DNA of 64,000 bases. Source: Minisyncoccia bacterium. GTDB lineage: Bacteria; Patescibacteriota; Minisyncoccia; UBA6257; JAAZHW01. Below are positions 1 through 9,176 of this stretch, in pieces. Made by a program: the position numbers and the translations under genes. The stretch lies in NCBI GenBank assembly GCA_049720475.1, contig JBNASH010000033.1:3784-67783 (forward strand), in the 5' to 3' direction. The notes below the pieces were generated by a model. The model made no database searches. It saw nothing but the letters and a program-made list of their open reading frames with translations, and had not been told where the DNA came from. Position 1 is the stretch's first letter. Every line of letters begins with the position of its first letter.

Positions 1-1015
1 TGAGCATATTTAAAATAGAATACAAAGTAGTTGTTTTACCAGAGCCAGTCGGACCAGTTACCAAAATCATTCCGTAAGTTTTTTTAATACTCTCTTCAAT
101 TAATTTGGCAGTATCATCAAGCATTCCTAATTCTCTTAAACTCATTGGTTTGGCGGTGGCACGCAATAAACGCATTTCTACTTTCTCGCCATAAAAAGTT
201 GGCATAATGGACACACGAATATCCATTGCCTCCCCTAACGCTTCATAACGCAAACGACCATCTTGCGGCTTTCGATGTTCATCAATTTTTAAACCAGCTA
301 ATAATTTAATTCTTGCCACTATTGCTGGGTGAACTTCTTTTGGAATTCGCATCATTTCATGTAATACGCCATCAATGCGAAAGCGTACCAAAACCGCATC
401 TTTTAAAACTTCAATATGAATATCTGATGCATTTAAAGAAATGGCGTAGGCCAAAATACCATCAACAATATTAATAATTGGCAATTCTTCCGCCACTTCT
501 TTTTCGCCTACCATCTTCAACCGCGCCGTGGCTTTAATATTTTCTTCAATTAATTGTCTGAAGTCTTCAACAACTTCTTTGCCATAAAGCGAATAAACAT
601 AATTTAAATCTTTGTCAGTGGTAAGAAAAATTTTAATGGGCGCGTTGAGATATTTCTCTAAAAAATTAATTGTTTCCAAATCGCCCGGATCTTCCATCGC
701 CACATAAAAAACACCATTTTTATCCTGATCAAAAACTACCGCCCGCCGCATTCGAGCAATTTCCTCAGGAATTTTCGACAAAAGTGATTTTTTAATCAAG
801 CGGCCGCGCAATTTAATGACGGGCATCCTGAAATAATCCGCATAAAGTTGCAAAACATAATCCTCACTAATAAATCCGCGGGAAATTAAAATATCAATAA
901 TATCTTGGCCAGCTCTTTTACTTTCTTCAATGATTGTCTGAAAAACATCAGCCGGCACCAAACCACTATCCACCAAAAGTTCTTTTATTTTCTCAATTGG
1001 TAAACGCAAGGCCAT
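1..1015 (-). CDS. pilB: Type IV pilus / T2SS assembly ATPase (PilB/GspE family), N-terminal ~338 codons; the rest lies beyond the window start
   Basis: Absent from the ORF track because the window edge truncates it. Minus-strand translation from ATG 1015..1013 reads MALRLPIEKIKELLVDSGL... and ends in Walker A VTGPTGSGKTTTLYSILNML at nt 60..2. Confidence 0.85.
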   Translation of the reverse strand, partial: MALRLPIEKIKELLVDSGLVPADVFQTIIEESKRAGQDIIDILISRGFISEDYVLQLYADYFRMPVIKLRGRLIKKSLLSKIPEEIARMRRAVVFDQDKNGVFYVAMEDPGDLETINFLEKYLNAPIKIFLTTDKDLNYVYSLYGKEVVEDFRQLIEENIKATARLKMVGEKEVAEELPIINIVDGILAYAISLNASDIHIEVLKDAVLVRFRIDGVLHEMMRIPKEVHPAIVARIKLLAGLKIDEHRKPQDGRLRYEALGEAMDIRVSIMPTFYGEKVEMRLLRATAKPMSLRELGMLDDTAKLIEESIKKTYGMILVTGPTGSGKTTTLYSILNML

Positions 1016-1020
1016 AATTT

Positions 1021-1629
1021 TTAAAACCTGATGCTATTAATAAAATTGTTTATCCACTCAATGGGCAAATTGACTTTTTGCAAAAAGAAAACAACAATCG
1101 CCAATGGCAGCCATAAATAATAAAGGGGCAGGCGTTGATTAAACTGAATTTTTTTAAAAGCCAGCTGAACTAAATAAAGAATAATGGCAATGATTAAAAT
1201 TAAGAAAATATAAACGAGCCACATCGGATGCCCTAAAAAGATTATAGCATAAAATAACATCCATGGCTCTTCTTTTTCAAAAAAACGCTCGCCAGCCAAA
1301 CGATTTAAGATATTGGCTAAAAAGAAAAATAACAAGCCCACCAAAATAGGAAAAATCGCAGGCAAAAGAAAACGGTAATCAATATAGTGCAAAAAGAATT
1401 GAGATAATTTCTGATAGGGAGGAAGCAAATAAACAGCAATTTCGGAATTTTTAAATATTAAAAACTGCCCAATTACCTTAATGGTTAATTCAGCAATTTT
1501 CAAAATTAAAATTAAAATGACAGCAGGTTTGATTAACTGCTGGATTTTTTTAAACCCAATAATCAAACCTGCTGTAAGAACGAAATAAACAAAAGGCAGC
1601 TGATTTATAAGTCCATTTAAAAATTGCAT
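1021..1629 (-). CDS. Polytopic membrane protein of unknown function, between pilin and pilB
   Basis: 202-aa ORF with about 6 hydrophobic segments, 5 nt upstream of the pilB start. No GxGD prepilin-peptidase motif seen, so function is left open. Confidence 0.5.
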   Translation of the reverse strand: MQFLNGLINQLPFVYFVLTAGLIIGFKKIQQLIKPAVILILILKIAELTIKVIGQFLIFKNSEIAVYLLPPYQKLSQFFLHYIDYRFLLPAIFPILVGLLFFFLANILNRLAGERFFEKEEPWMLFYAIIFLGHPMWLVYIFLILIIAIILYLVQLAFKKIQFNQRLPLYYLWLPLAIVVFFLQKVNLPIEWINNFINSIRF

Positions 1630-1663
1630 AAAAAATTAATATCTGATAGTTAGAATAAAATGC

Positions 1664-2227
1664 TTAGAATAAAGTCAGATCTGAACCAACTTCATAAAGA
1701 TCACTATTATTCCCACCGTCTTTGCTTTCTACATCACCGGAACCACCATTAGAATAATAATTAGATTCCATATTGGCGTCCAGTTCAAAAGTCGTAGAGG
1801 CTGTTTTTGTTCCGTAATAATAAACATAGGAGGTTGTTGCGGATGTAGATGTTGTATTTTTAGGATCAATTGGTAAGGAAGAAAGAGGAGAACCAGAAGA
1901 AATGGAAGTAAAATTGATCGGGATCCATCCGCCGGTAATCGCCTGGGTAGTAGTGCCAGTAACACTTGAGCAAAGTGTACCACTTGCTGGAGCGCCAACT
2001 TGACTAGCGTAACAAGATGGTACTGATGATCCCATACTTGGCGAACTAACATCGGAAACGTACAAGTTAATCGCTGTTCTTAAGGCATCTAAATCAGCAA
2101 TTCTTTTGGTATCGCGGGTTTTCTTTAACATTTCCGCTGGATTTAAAGTAACAACAATCACACTCATTAACACCGCCAAAATAGCAATAACAACCAATAA
2201 TTCAATTAAAGTAAAACCTTTTTTCAT
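1664..2227 (-). CDS. Type IV pilin-like protein (class III signal peptide)
   Basis: N-terminus MKKGFTLIELLVVIAILAVLMSV carries the G/FTLIEL prepilin cleavage-methylation motif plus a hydrophobic helix. The core is Ser/Thr/Gly-rich and variable. Confidence 0.85.
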   Translation of the reverse strand: MKKGFTLIELLVVIAILAVLMSVIVVTLNPAEMLKKTRDTKRIADLDALRTAINLYVSDVSSPSMGSSVPSCYASQVGAPASGTLCSSVTGTTTQAITGGWIPINFTSISSGSPLSSLPIDPKNTTSTSATTSYVYYYGTKTASTTFELDANMESNYYSNGGSGDVESKDGGNNSDLYEVGSDLTLF

Positions 2228-2260
2228 ATTAATTAATTTTTGTTTTTAAATTAATTATTT

Positions 2261-2330
2261 CGACTTTTTAATATTTTCGACCTTTTGTTTTTAAATGATT
2301 TACATATTCTTTTTTTTTAAACGACCTTTT
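2261..2330 (-). promoter_or_regulatory. Three direct AAAARGTCG repeats in the spacer between the two pilin genes
   Basis: Plus-strand CGACTTTTT (2261), CGACCTTTTG (2278) and CGACCTTTTT (2322). A TATAAT (minus sense) lies at about 2331..2336. Confidence 0.25.
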
Positions 2331-2349
2331 TATTATAACAAATTTTAAA

Positions 2350-2931
2350 CTAATTTAAAATACTTAAATCCGAACCAATTTCATAAATTGTAGAGTTATT
2401 TCCACCATCTGTAGTTTCCAAAGAGGCATAGGCACTTGACTCTAAATTAGCATTTAATTCATAAGTTGTTAAGCTGCTTGAGGCGGCAAACACATAATAA
2501 TACCCTGAAGAAGTACTATTGGTTGGATCAATTGGCAATGCTGAAATTGGTGAGCGCAGAGTTAAAACACTAAAATTAATTGGTAGCCATCCTGTCGTAC
2601 CTATCGTCCGATAATTACTTAAAGCAGCACAATAAGCTGTTCGTCCACCATAAGAACCGCAGGTGCCAGCACTAGCTAATGGCACAGAAAGATAAGCATA
2701 GGTGGTGTAGCCGGAAAAATTATAATCCTCAGATAAATACAAATTTAATGCCGTTCTTAACGCCGCTAAATCAGAAAGTCTTCGTGAATCTCGAGATTTT
2801 TTTAACATTTCTGAAGGGTTTAAAGTAATTACAATCACACTCATTAACACCGCCAAAATAGCAATAACTATCAATAATTCAATCAAAGTAAAACCTTTTA
2901 AGGAGCTTTTCTGAATATTTTTCTTTGACAT
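2350..2931 (-). CDS. Type IV pilin-like protein, tandem paralogue
   Basis: KGFTLIELLIVIAILAVLMSV motif. The 5-prime ~100 nt and the C-terminal DGGNNSxxYExGSDL are conserved with 1664..2227, while the middle is divergent. Confidence 0.85.
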   Translation of the reverse strand: MSKKNIQKSSLKGFTLIELLIVIAILAVLMSVIVITLNPSEMLKKSRDSRRLSDLAALRTALNLYLSEDYNFSGYTTYAYLSVPLASAGTCGSYGGRTAYCAALSNYRTIGTTGWLPINFSVLTLRSPISALPIDPTNSTSSGYYYVFAASSSLTTYELNANLESSAYASLETTDGGNNSTIYEIGSDLSILN

Positions 2932-2971
2932 TTTGAAAAATTAGAAGTTTATTTTATTTATACCGGCTTTT

Positions 2972-3361
2972 TTATTTTTTGCTTTTATTTAAAAATTCTT
3001 TAATTTTAAAAATTAAATCATCAATGGAAATTTTGGCTTTAACAAAATATTCAACCGCGCCCAATTGTTTGCCTTTTTGAATATCAGTTGTTTGTCCAAG
3101 ATTGGAAATAATAATTACTGGTTTGTTCCTTAAACTAGGATTTTTGGAAATGTTTTCTAAAACTTCAAAACCACTTTTCTTAGGCAAAATTAAATCTAAT
3201 AAAATTAAATCGGGTTCAATTTCATTTAATTTTTTTATCGCTTCATCACCATCCACAGCGGAAATAACCTCCATTTGTTCCTTTTGGAGACGCAATTTTA
3301 AAAGATTAGACAAAAAAGGATCATCTTCAATAACTAAAATTTTAGCCATTGTTTCTGCCAT
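2972..3361 (-). CDS. Single-domain response regulator (CheY-like receiver)
   Basis: KILVIEDDPFL...DLILLDLILPKKSGFEVL...PVIIISN...K receiver signature. No output domain. Confidence 0.85.
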   Translation of the reverse strand: MAETMAKILVIEDDPFLSNLLKLRLQKEQMEVISAVDGDEAIKKLNEIEPDLILLDLILPKKSGFEVLENISKNPSLRNKPVIIISNLGQTTDIQKGKQLGAVEYFVKAKISIDDLIFKIKEFLNKSKK

Positions 3362-3430
3362 TAATTATATTATAAATAAAATAAATAATTTTTGACAAAT
3401 TAAATTGTGGATATCTTTGAGATAAAAAAC

Positions 3431-3460
3431 AAAAACCGCCATTTATTAATGGCGGTTTTT
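3431..3460. terminator. Bidirectional intrinsic terminator after the 16S trailer
   Basis: AAAAACCGCCATT-TATT-AATGGCGGTTTTT: an 8-bp GC core extended by A/T pairs, with T-runs on both strands. Confidence 0.7.
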
Positions 3461-3570
3461 GTTAAAAAATAAATCTCTTTTTCATTGTTTCGTGCCGCCC
3501 ATCGCTATTCTAAAAAGAATAGCGAACCGACCTAAGGACCTCATTCTCAGCGAGAATGAGCGTCATCCTT

Positions 3571-5095
<1,525 letters not shown>

Positions 5096-5208
5096 AAAAA
5101 ATTTGATCTAACCCCATCCGATTATTATCGAATGGGACTAATACAACTCAAAGGACGACACGAAACAATGAAGAAAAAATTTATTTTTTGTTATTAATGT
5201 GCTAAAAA

Positions 5209-5237
5209 CGAAAATGATAAATTTATTATCATTTTCG
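5209..5237 (-). terminator. 12-bp hairpin plus U-run between rpsI and the 16S (r-protein operon terminator or rRNA leader hairpin)
   Basis: CGAAAATGATAA-ATTTA-TTATCATTTTCG, followed on the minus strand by TTTTTAGCACATTAATAACAA (weakly boxA-like). Confidence 0.5.
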
Positions 5238-5245
5238 ATAGATTT

Positions 5246-5273
5246 ATTTTATTCTTAATTTTTCTGATGTCAA
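5246..5273 (-). promoter_or_regulatory. Sigma70-like promoter TTGACA-16-TAAAAT
   Basis: Minus-strand TTGACA (5273..5268), 16-nt spacer, TAAAAT (5251..5246). It sits right after the rpsI stop and upstream of the 16S leader. Confidence 0.45.
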
Positions 5274-5281
5274 GAATAAAA

Positions 5282-5788
5282 TTAACGCTTAGACCATTGA
5301 GGAGCGCGGCGCGCTTTCTTTAATCCGTACTTCTTTCTTTCAACCATTCTTGCATCGCGAGTAAGAAATCCTACTCGACGCAATCGTTTCTTAAAATCTG
5401 GATTGAAAGCAACCATCGCTCTGGCAATTCCCATTCGCACAGCCTCCGCTTGAGCAGATAACCCTCCTCCTCTCACTATAGCCGTTAAACCAAATTTACC
5501 AGGACATTTCATTTTTTCAAACGGGGCTTCAATCATTGCCTGCAATTTTTTAAAGGGAAAATAAACTTTATAATCTTTTCCATTAATCAAAATTTCTTTA
5601 TTCCGGGTATAAAGTCGAACAATAGCAGTGGCTGTTTTTCTTGAGCCAACGCCTTCATAATAAACTTTCCCTTTGCGTCCTCTTTTTTCTTCTTTAGTTT
5701 CTTCCTCTTCAGAAGTTAAAACTTCGGGATTTTTTTCTTCCGATAATTTATTTTCTTTTTCTTCTGTAGTAATTTTTTTCCTAGGCAT
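5282..5788 (-). CDS. rpsI: 30S ribosomal protein S9 with a ~40-aa acidic/basic N-terminal extension
   Basis: YYEGVGSRKTATAIVRL...GGGLSAQAEAVRMGIARAM...RDARMVERKKYGLKKARRAPQWSKR. Confidence 0.95.
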   Translation of the reverse strand: MPRKKITTEEKENKLSEEKNPEVLTSEEEETKEEKRGRKGKVYYEGVGSRKTATAIVRLYTRNKEILINGKDYKVYFPFKKLQAMIEAPFEKMKCPGKFGLTAIVRGGGLSAQAEAVRMGIARAMVAFNPDFKKRLRRVGFLTRDARMVERKKYGLKKARRAPQWSKR

Positions 5789-6125
5789 ACATCTTTAAAT
5801 TTTTAATTCTTTTTGACCGCAAACTATTTTTAGGCAACATTCCTAAAACAGCTCTTTTTAAAACCTCCGTGGGATTCTTCTCAAAAACTTCCCTTAACTT
5901 TTTTTCTTTTAAATGACCCAGATACCCTGTATGATGTCTGTAAACTTTCTGATAAAATTTCTTTCCCGTAAATTTCATTTTTGAAACATTTTCGACGATG
6001 ACTTTAACATTTGCCACTTTGTTAGGCGCATAATCAGGATTATCTTTGCCTTGCAAAAGAACGGCTATTTTTGAAGCCAAACGTCCTAATGGTTGATTGG
6101 TAGCGTCAATTTTATATTCTCTCAT
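5781..6125 (-). CDS. rplM: 50S ribosomal protein L13 (short form)
   Basis: IDATNQPLGRLASKIAVLLQGK...YRHHTGYLGHLKE...AVLGMLPKN. Overlaps rpsI by 8 nt. Confidence 0.9.
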   Translation of the reverse strand: MREYKIDATNQPLGRLASKIAVLLQGKDNPDYAPNKVANVKVIVENVSKMKFTGKKFYQKVYRHHTGYLGHLKEKKLREVFEKNPTEVLKRAVLGMLPKNSLRSKRIKNLKMYA

Positions 6126-6126
6126 A

Positions 6127-6483
6127 TTAATCCAAAATAAATTCGATTATTGCCATTGGAGCGCCATCGCGTTTCCGAGCGCGAGGACTTTTAATAATGC
6201 GTGTATAACCGCCACGGCGATTTTTCATTTTTGGAGCAATATTATAAAAAAGTTCTTTCGCGGCTGGCTCTCCAATTCGACTAATTAATAAACGATAAGA
6301 AGCAAGGGTTTGTTTTTTGGCTAAAGTTACTAATTTATCAACTAATCTTTTTAGTTCACGAGCTCGTGCTTCAGTAGTTTCGATTTTTTTAGACAAAACA
6401 AAATTATGAATTAAACTCTTCAAAAAGAGTTTGCGATCACCGCGTGTTCTTCCAAATTTTCTGCCTTTTTTTAAGTGACGCAT
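6127..6483 (-). CDS. rplQ: 50S ribosomal protein L17
   Basis: MRHLKKGRKFGRTRGDRKLFLKSLIHNFVLSKKIETTEARARELKRLVDKL. Confidence 0.95.
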   Translation of the reverse strand: MRHLKKGRKFGRTRGDRKLFLKSLIHNFVLSKKIETTEARARELKRLVDKLVTLAKKQTLASYRLLISRIGEPAAKELFYNIAPKMKNRRGGYTRIIKSPRARKRDGAPMAIIEFILD

Positions 6484-6492
6484 AAGTTCGAA

Positions 6493-7281
6493 TTATTTTT
6501 TAGTTGCTTTAGTTTTTTTAGTTTTTTTGGTAGTTGCCTTCTCTTTCTCTTTTTCTTTTATTTCTTCTTTCGTCGCTTTTGTTGTTTCCTCAGGCACTTG
6601 AATATCGGCAACGATTTTAAAATGATCGACCAAAATATCAGCGGCTTGTTTTAGAGCCACACGTGGCAAAATGCTTCCATCGGTTTCAATATAAATTCTT
6701 AAACGGTTATAATCGGTTCTTTCTCCAACGCGCATATTTTCAACTTCGTAGTTCACTTTTTTAACGGGAGTAAAAATTGCATCTAAATTAATTGTTCCGA
6801 TTGGCAATTTTTCTTTCTGACGTGTTTCCGCCGGCGAATAACCAACACCTTCTTCAACGGTTAAAACCATTTCCAATTCTGATTTTTTATCTGTTAAAGT
6901 GGCAATATGTGTTTCGGGATTGATAATTTCAACATTTGAATTTTTGGCAATATCTCGAGCTGTTACCTCTCTTTCTCCTTTGGCAGATAAAGTTAAAGTA
7001 TGAGGGCCGGGGCTATAAACTTTTACTCTGATTTTTTTCAAATTAAGAATAATCTGAATAACATCTTCCAAAACACCTTCAATAGTAGAAAACTCATGAT
7101 GAACGCCTTTGATTTTAACGCTAGTAATGGCTGCACCTTTTAAAGAGGATAAAAGAACCCGACGTAAGGCATTCCCCAAAGTTAAACCATAACCAGTGTA
7201 TAAATTTTCAATTTCAAAAACGCCTTCGGTTTCTGTCTCTTTTATAATTTTTGGTTTTGTGGGTAAAATTAACCCTAACAT
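6493..7281 (-). CDS. rpoA: DNA-directed RNA polymerase alpha subunit, N-terminal domain only, followed by a Lys/Thr/Glu-rich tail
   Basis: GYGLTLGNALRRVLLSSLKGAAITSVKIKGVHHEFSTIEGV is the alpha NTD signature. The ORF ends at 262 aa with EEIKEKEKEKATTKKTKKTKATKK. Confidence 0.9.
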   Translation of the reverse strand: MLGLILPTKPKIIKETETEGVFEIENLYTGYGLTLGNALRRVLLSSLKGAAITSVKIKGVHHEFSTIEGVLEDVIQIILNLKKIRVKVYSPGPHTLTLSAKGEREVTARDIAKNSNVEIINPETHIATLTDKKSELEMVLTVEEGVGYSPAETRQKEKLPIGTINLDAIFTPVKKVNYEVENMRVGERTDYNRLRIYIETDGSILPRVALKQAADILVDHFKIVADIQVPEETTKATKEEIKEKEKEKATTKKTKKTKATKK

Positions 7282-7292
7282 ATTTTTATAAA

Positions 7293-7919
7293 TTAACGTG
7301 AATAAAATTCGACGATTTGTCTAAAATCAAATGGCGGCAATTGTTTTGCCAAGCTTGGCTCGGCAATAATTTTAGCTTCTAGTTTTTCTGGATCAAAACT
7401 TAGATAATCTGGTAGTTGAACTTTTTTAAGTTTTTTATCTAAATTCACAAAAGGAGCCTTGTTCTTACTTTCCGGCCGAATAGAAATTATATCACCCTTT
7501 TTCAATTCATAAGCGGGAACATCGATTTTCTTGCCATTAACCAAAATATGACCGTGACTTACCAGCTGGCGCGCGCCTCGTCGAGAAGAAGAAAAACCCA
7601 AACGATAAATAACATTGTCCAATCGCAATTCTAATTTTTTAAAGAAAATGTCACTGGTTGATTGGGGACTTTTACTTGCTTCTTTAAAGTATTTTTTCAT
7701 TTGAGCTTCATTAACACCGTAAGTAAGCTTAACCTTTCTTACCTCATTCAATTGTTTTCCATATTCAGAAGTGGCTTTTGTGACTTTTTTGCGATGCATA
7801 CCGGGCGCATAAGGCTTTCTAATTAAAGCGCATTTTATAGAATAGCAACGATCCCCTTTCAAAAAAAGTTTTTCCCCAACTCTACGACATTTTCGACATT
7901 TAGCATCTAAAATTGCCAT
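7293..7919 (-). CDS. rpsD: 30S ribosomal protein S4
   Basis: Zinc-ribbon type N-terminus MAILDAKCRKCRRVGEKLFLKGDRC, and S4 domain RLDNVIYRLGFSSSRRGARQLVSHGHILVNG. I chose the ATG at 7919; the track ORF runs on to 7988 inside rpsK. Confidence 0.9.
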   Translation of the reverse strand: MAILDAKCRKCRRVGEKLFLKGDRCYSIKCALIRKPYAPGMHRKKVTKATSEYGKQLNEVRKVKLTYGVNEAQMKKYFKEASKSPQSTSDIFFKKLELRLDNVIYRLGFSSSRRGARQLVSHGHILVNGKKIDVPAYELKKGDIISIRPESKNKAPFVNLDKKLKKVQLPDYLSFDPEKLEAKIIAEPSLAKQLPPFDFRQIVEFYSR

Positions 7920-7923
7920 AATT

Positions 7924-8382
7924 TTATACTCTCCGTGGTTTTGGCGGTCGACATCCGCCGTGTGGAACCGGAGTAATATCTTTAACACTAACGACGTTTA
8001 AATTTTGAGCAATAAAACTTCTTAAAGCGGCTTCCCTACCAGCACCTAATCCTTTGATATAAACATGAAACTCTGGAATAATTAATTTCTTGATTTTTTG
8101 AACAATCGATTCGGCAACTTTGGTAGCCGCAAAGGCAGTTGCTTTTTTGGGTCCTTTAAATTGTAAATGTCCAGCCGATGACCAAGCCAAAGTATTTCCC
8201 AAATGATCAGTCACGGTAATAATAATGTTATTATAAGAAGAGGAAATATAAATATTAGCAAATGGATAACTTCCTTTTTTGCCAACTTCTTTTGATTCAA
8301 CTTTTTTAAGCGCTGATTCCAGCGTCTCTTTTTCTTTTAAAACTTCATTTTCATCTTGAACAGCTACTCTTTTCTTCCCCAT
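7924..8382 (-). CDS. rpsK: 30S ribosomal protein S11 with an N-terminal extension
   Basis: ANIYISSSYNNIIITVTDHLGNTLAWSSAG...KGLGAGREAALR...ITPVPHGGCRPPKPRRV. Confidence 0.95.
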   Translation of the reverse strand: MGKKRVAVQDENEVLKEKETLESALKKVESKEVGKKGSYPFANIYISSSYNNIIITVTDHLGNTLAWSSAGHLQFKGPKKATAFAATKVAESIVQKIKKLIIPEFHVYIKGLGAGREAALRSFIAQNLNVVSVKDITPVPHGGCRPPKPRRV

Positions 8383-8383
8383 A

Positions 8384-8770
8384 TTATTTAAGTTCTAATT
8401 TTCTGCGACCGCTACCGACTGTCCGACGAACATTACCACGAATGGTTCGCGAATTAGTTTTTGTTCGTTGACCGCGCACCGGTAATTTTCTTAAGTGTCT
8501 TATACCACGATAACAATTAATATCTTTTAATCGGCGGATATTAGATTGAATCTCTCGTCTTAAATCACCTTCAATTTTATAATTCGTTTCAATTATATTT
8601 TGCAAACGATTAATTTCTTCGGTTGTTAAATCTTTGGCTTTTTTGTTTTGATTAATATTAGCCATATTTAAAACTTTTCTAGCCAAAGATTGCCCGATTC
8701 CATAAATATAGGATAGGCTAACAAAAATTGGTTTATTATCAGGGATATTTACATTACAAATACGTACCAT
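8384..8770 (-). CDS. rpsM: 30S ribosomal protein S13
   Basis: MVRICNVNIPDNKPIFVSLSYIYGIGQSLARKVL...CYRGIRHLRKLPVRGQRTKTNSRT. Confidence 0.95.
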   Translation of the reverse strand: MVRICNVNIPDNKPIFVSLSYIYGIGQSLARKVLNMANINQNKKAKDLTTEEINRLQNIIETNYKIEGDLRREIQSNIRRLKDINCYRGIRHLRKLPVRGQRTKTNSRTIRGNVRRTVGSGRRKLELK

Positions 8771-8775
8771 ATTTT

Positions 8776-8892
8776 TTAACCTTGTCTTTGTTTATGTTTT
8801 GGATTTTTTTTACAAATAATAAAAACGCGGCCTTTGCGCCTTACTACTTTACAATCGCGACAAATTTTTTTAACCGACGCTCTTACCTTCAT
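8776..8892 (-). CDS. rpmJ: 50S ribosomal protein L36
   Basis: Too short for the ORF track. Hand translation gives [38 protein letters not shown], in the expected position between infA and rpsM. Confidence 0.9.
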   Translation of the reverse strand: MKVRASVKKICRDCKVVRRKGRVFIICKKNPKHKQRQG

Positions 8893-8901
8893 AAGATTTT
8901 A

Positions 8902-9108
8902 TCATTTGCGATAGACAATACGTCCTCGCTTTTCATCATAAGGGCTTAGTTCAACCACTACCCTATCACCAACCATAATGCGGATAAAATTTAATCTTAA
9001 TTTACCTGATAAATGAGCTAAAACCTCTCTCCCATCATCCAGTTGGACTTTAAAAGTGGTACTGGGTAAGGCTTCGATCACTACGCCCTCAAATTGATTA
9101 TTCTTCAT
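8902..9108 (-). CDS. infA: Translation initiation factor IF-1
   Basis: [59 protein letters not shown]-16-TATAAT promoter lies at about 9146..9173. Confidence 0.95.
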   Translation of the reverse strand: MKNNQFEGVVIEALPSTTFKVQLDDGREVLAHLSGKLRLNFIRIMVGDRVVVELSPYDEKRGRIVYRK

Positions 9109-9176
9109 AAAAAATGCTTTTCCAACCCAATGGTTGATTATTGTTCATTATAAAAATGTTTTTGAAATAGTCAACA

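Noticed and set aside
1729-2052. 107-aa ORF in another frame of the first pilin gene
   Set aside because: It is fully nested in a gene with a clear prepilin signature. Its composition is Leu/Pro/Gln-rich nonsense and it has no start context.
7920-7988. Longer rpsD start (track ORF to 7988), TTG starts at 33048 and 35263, and ATG 56712
   Set aside because: These extensions overlap the preceding gene or add non-conserved residues. Conserved N-termini and promoter spacing favour 7919, 33087, 35296 and 56700.
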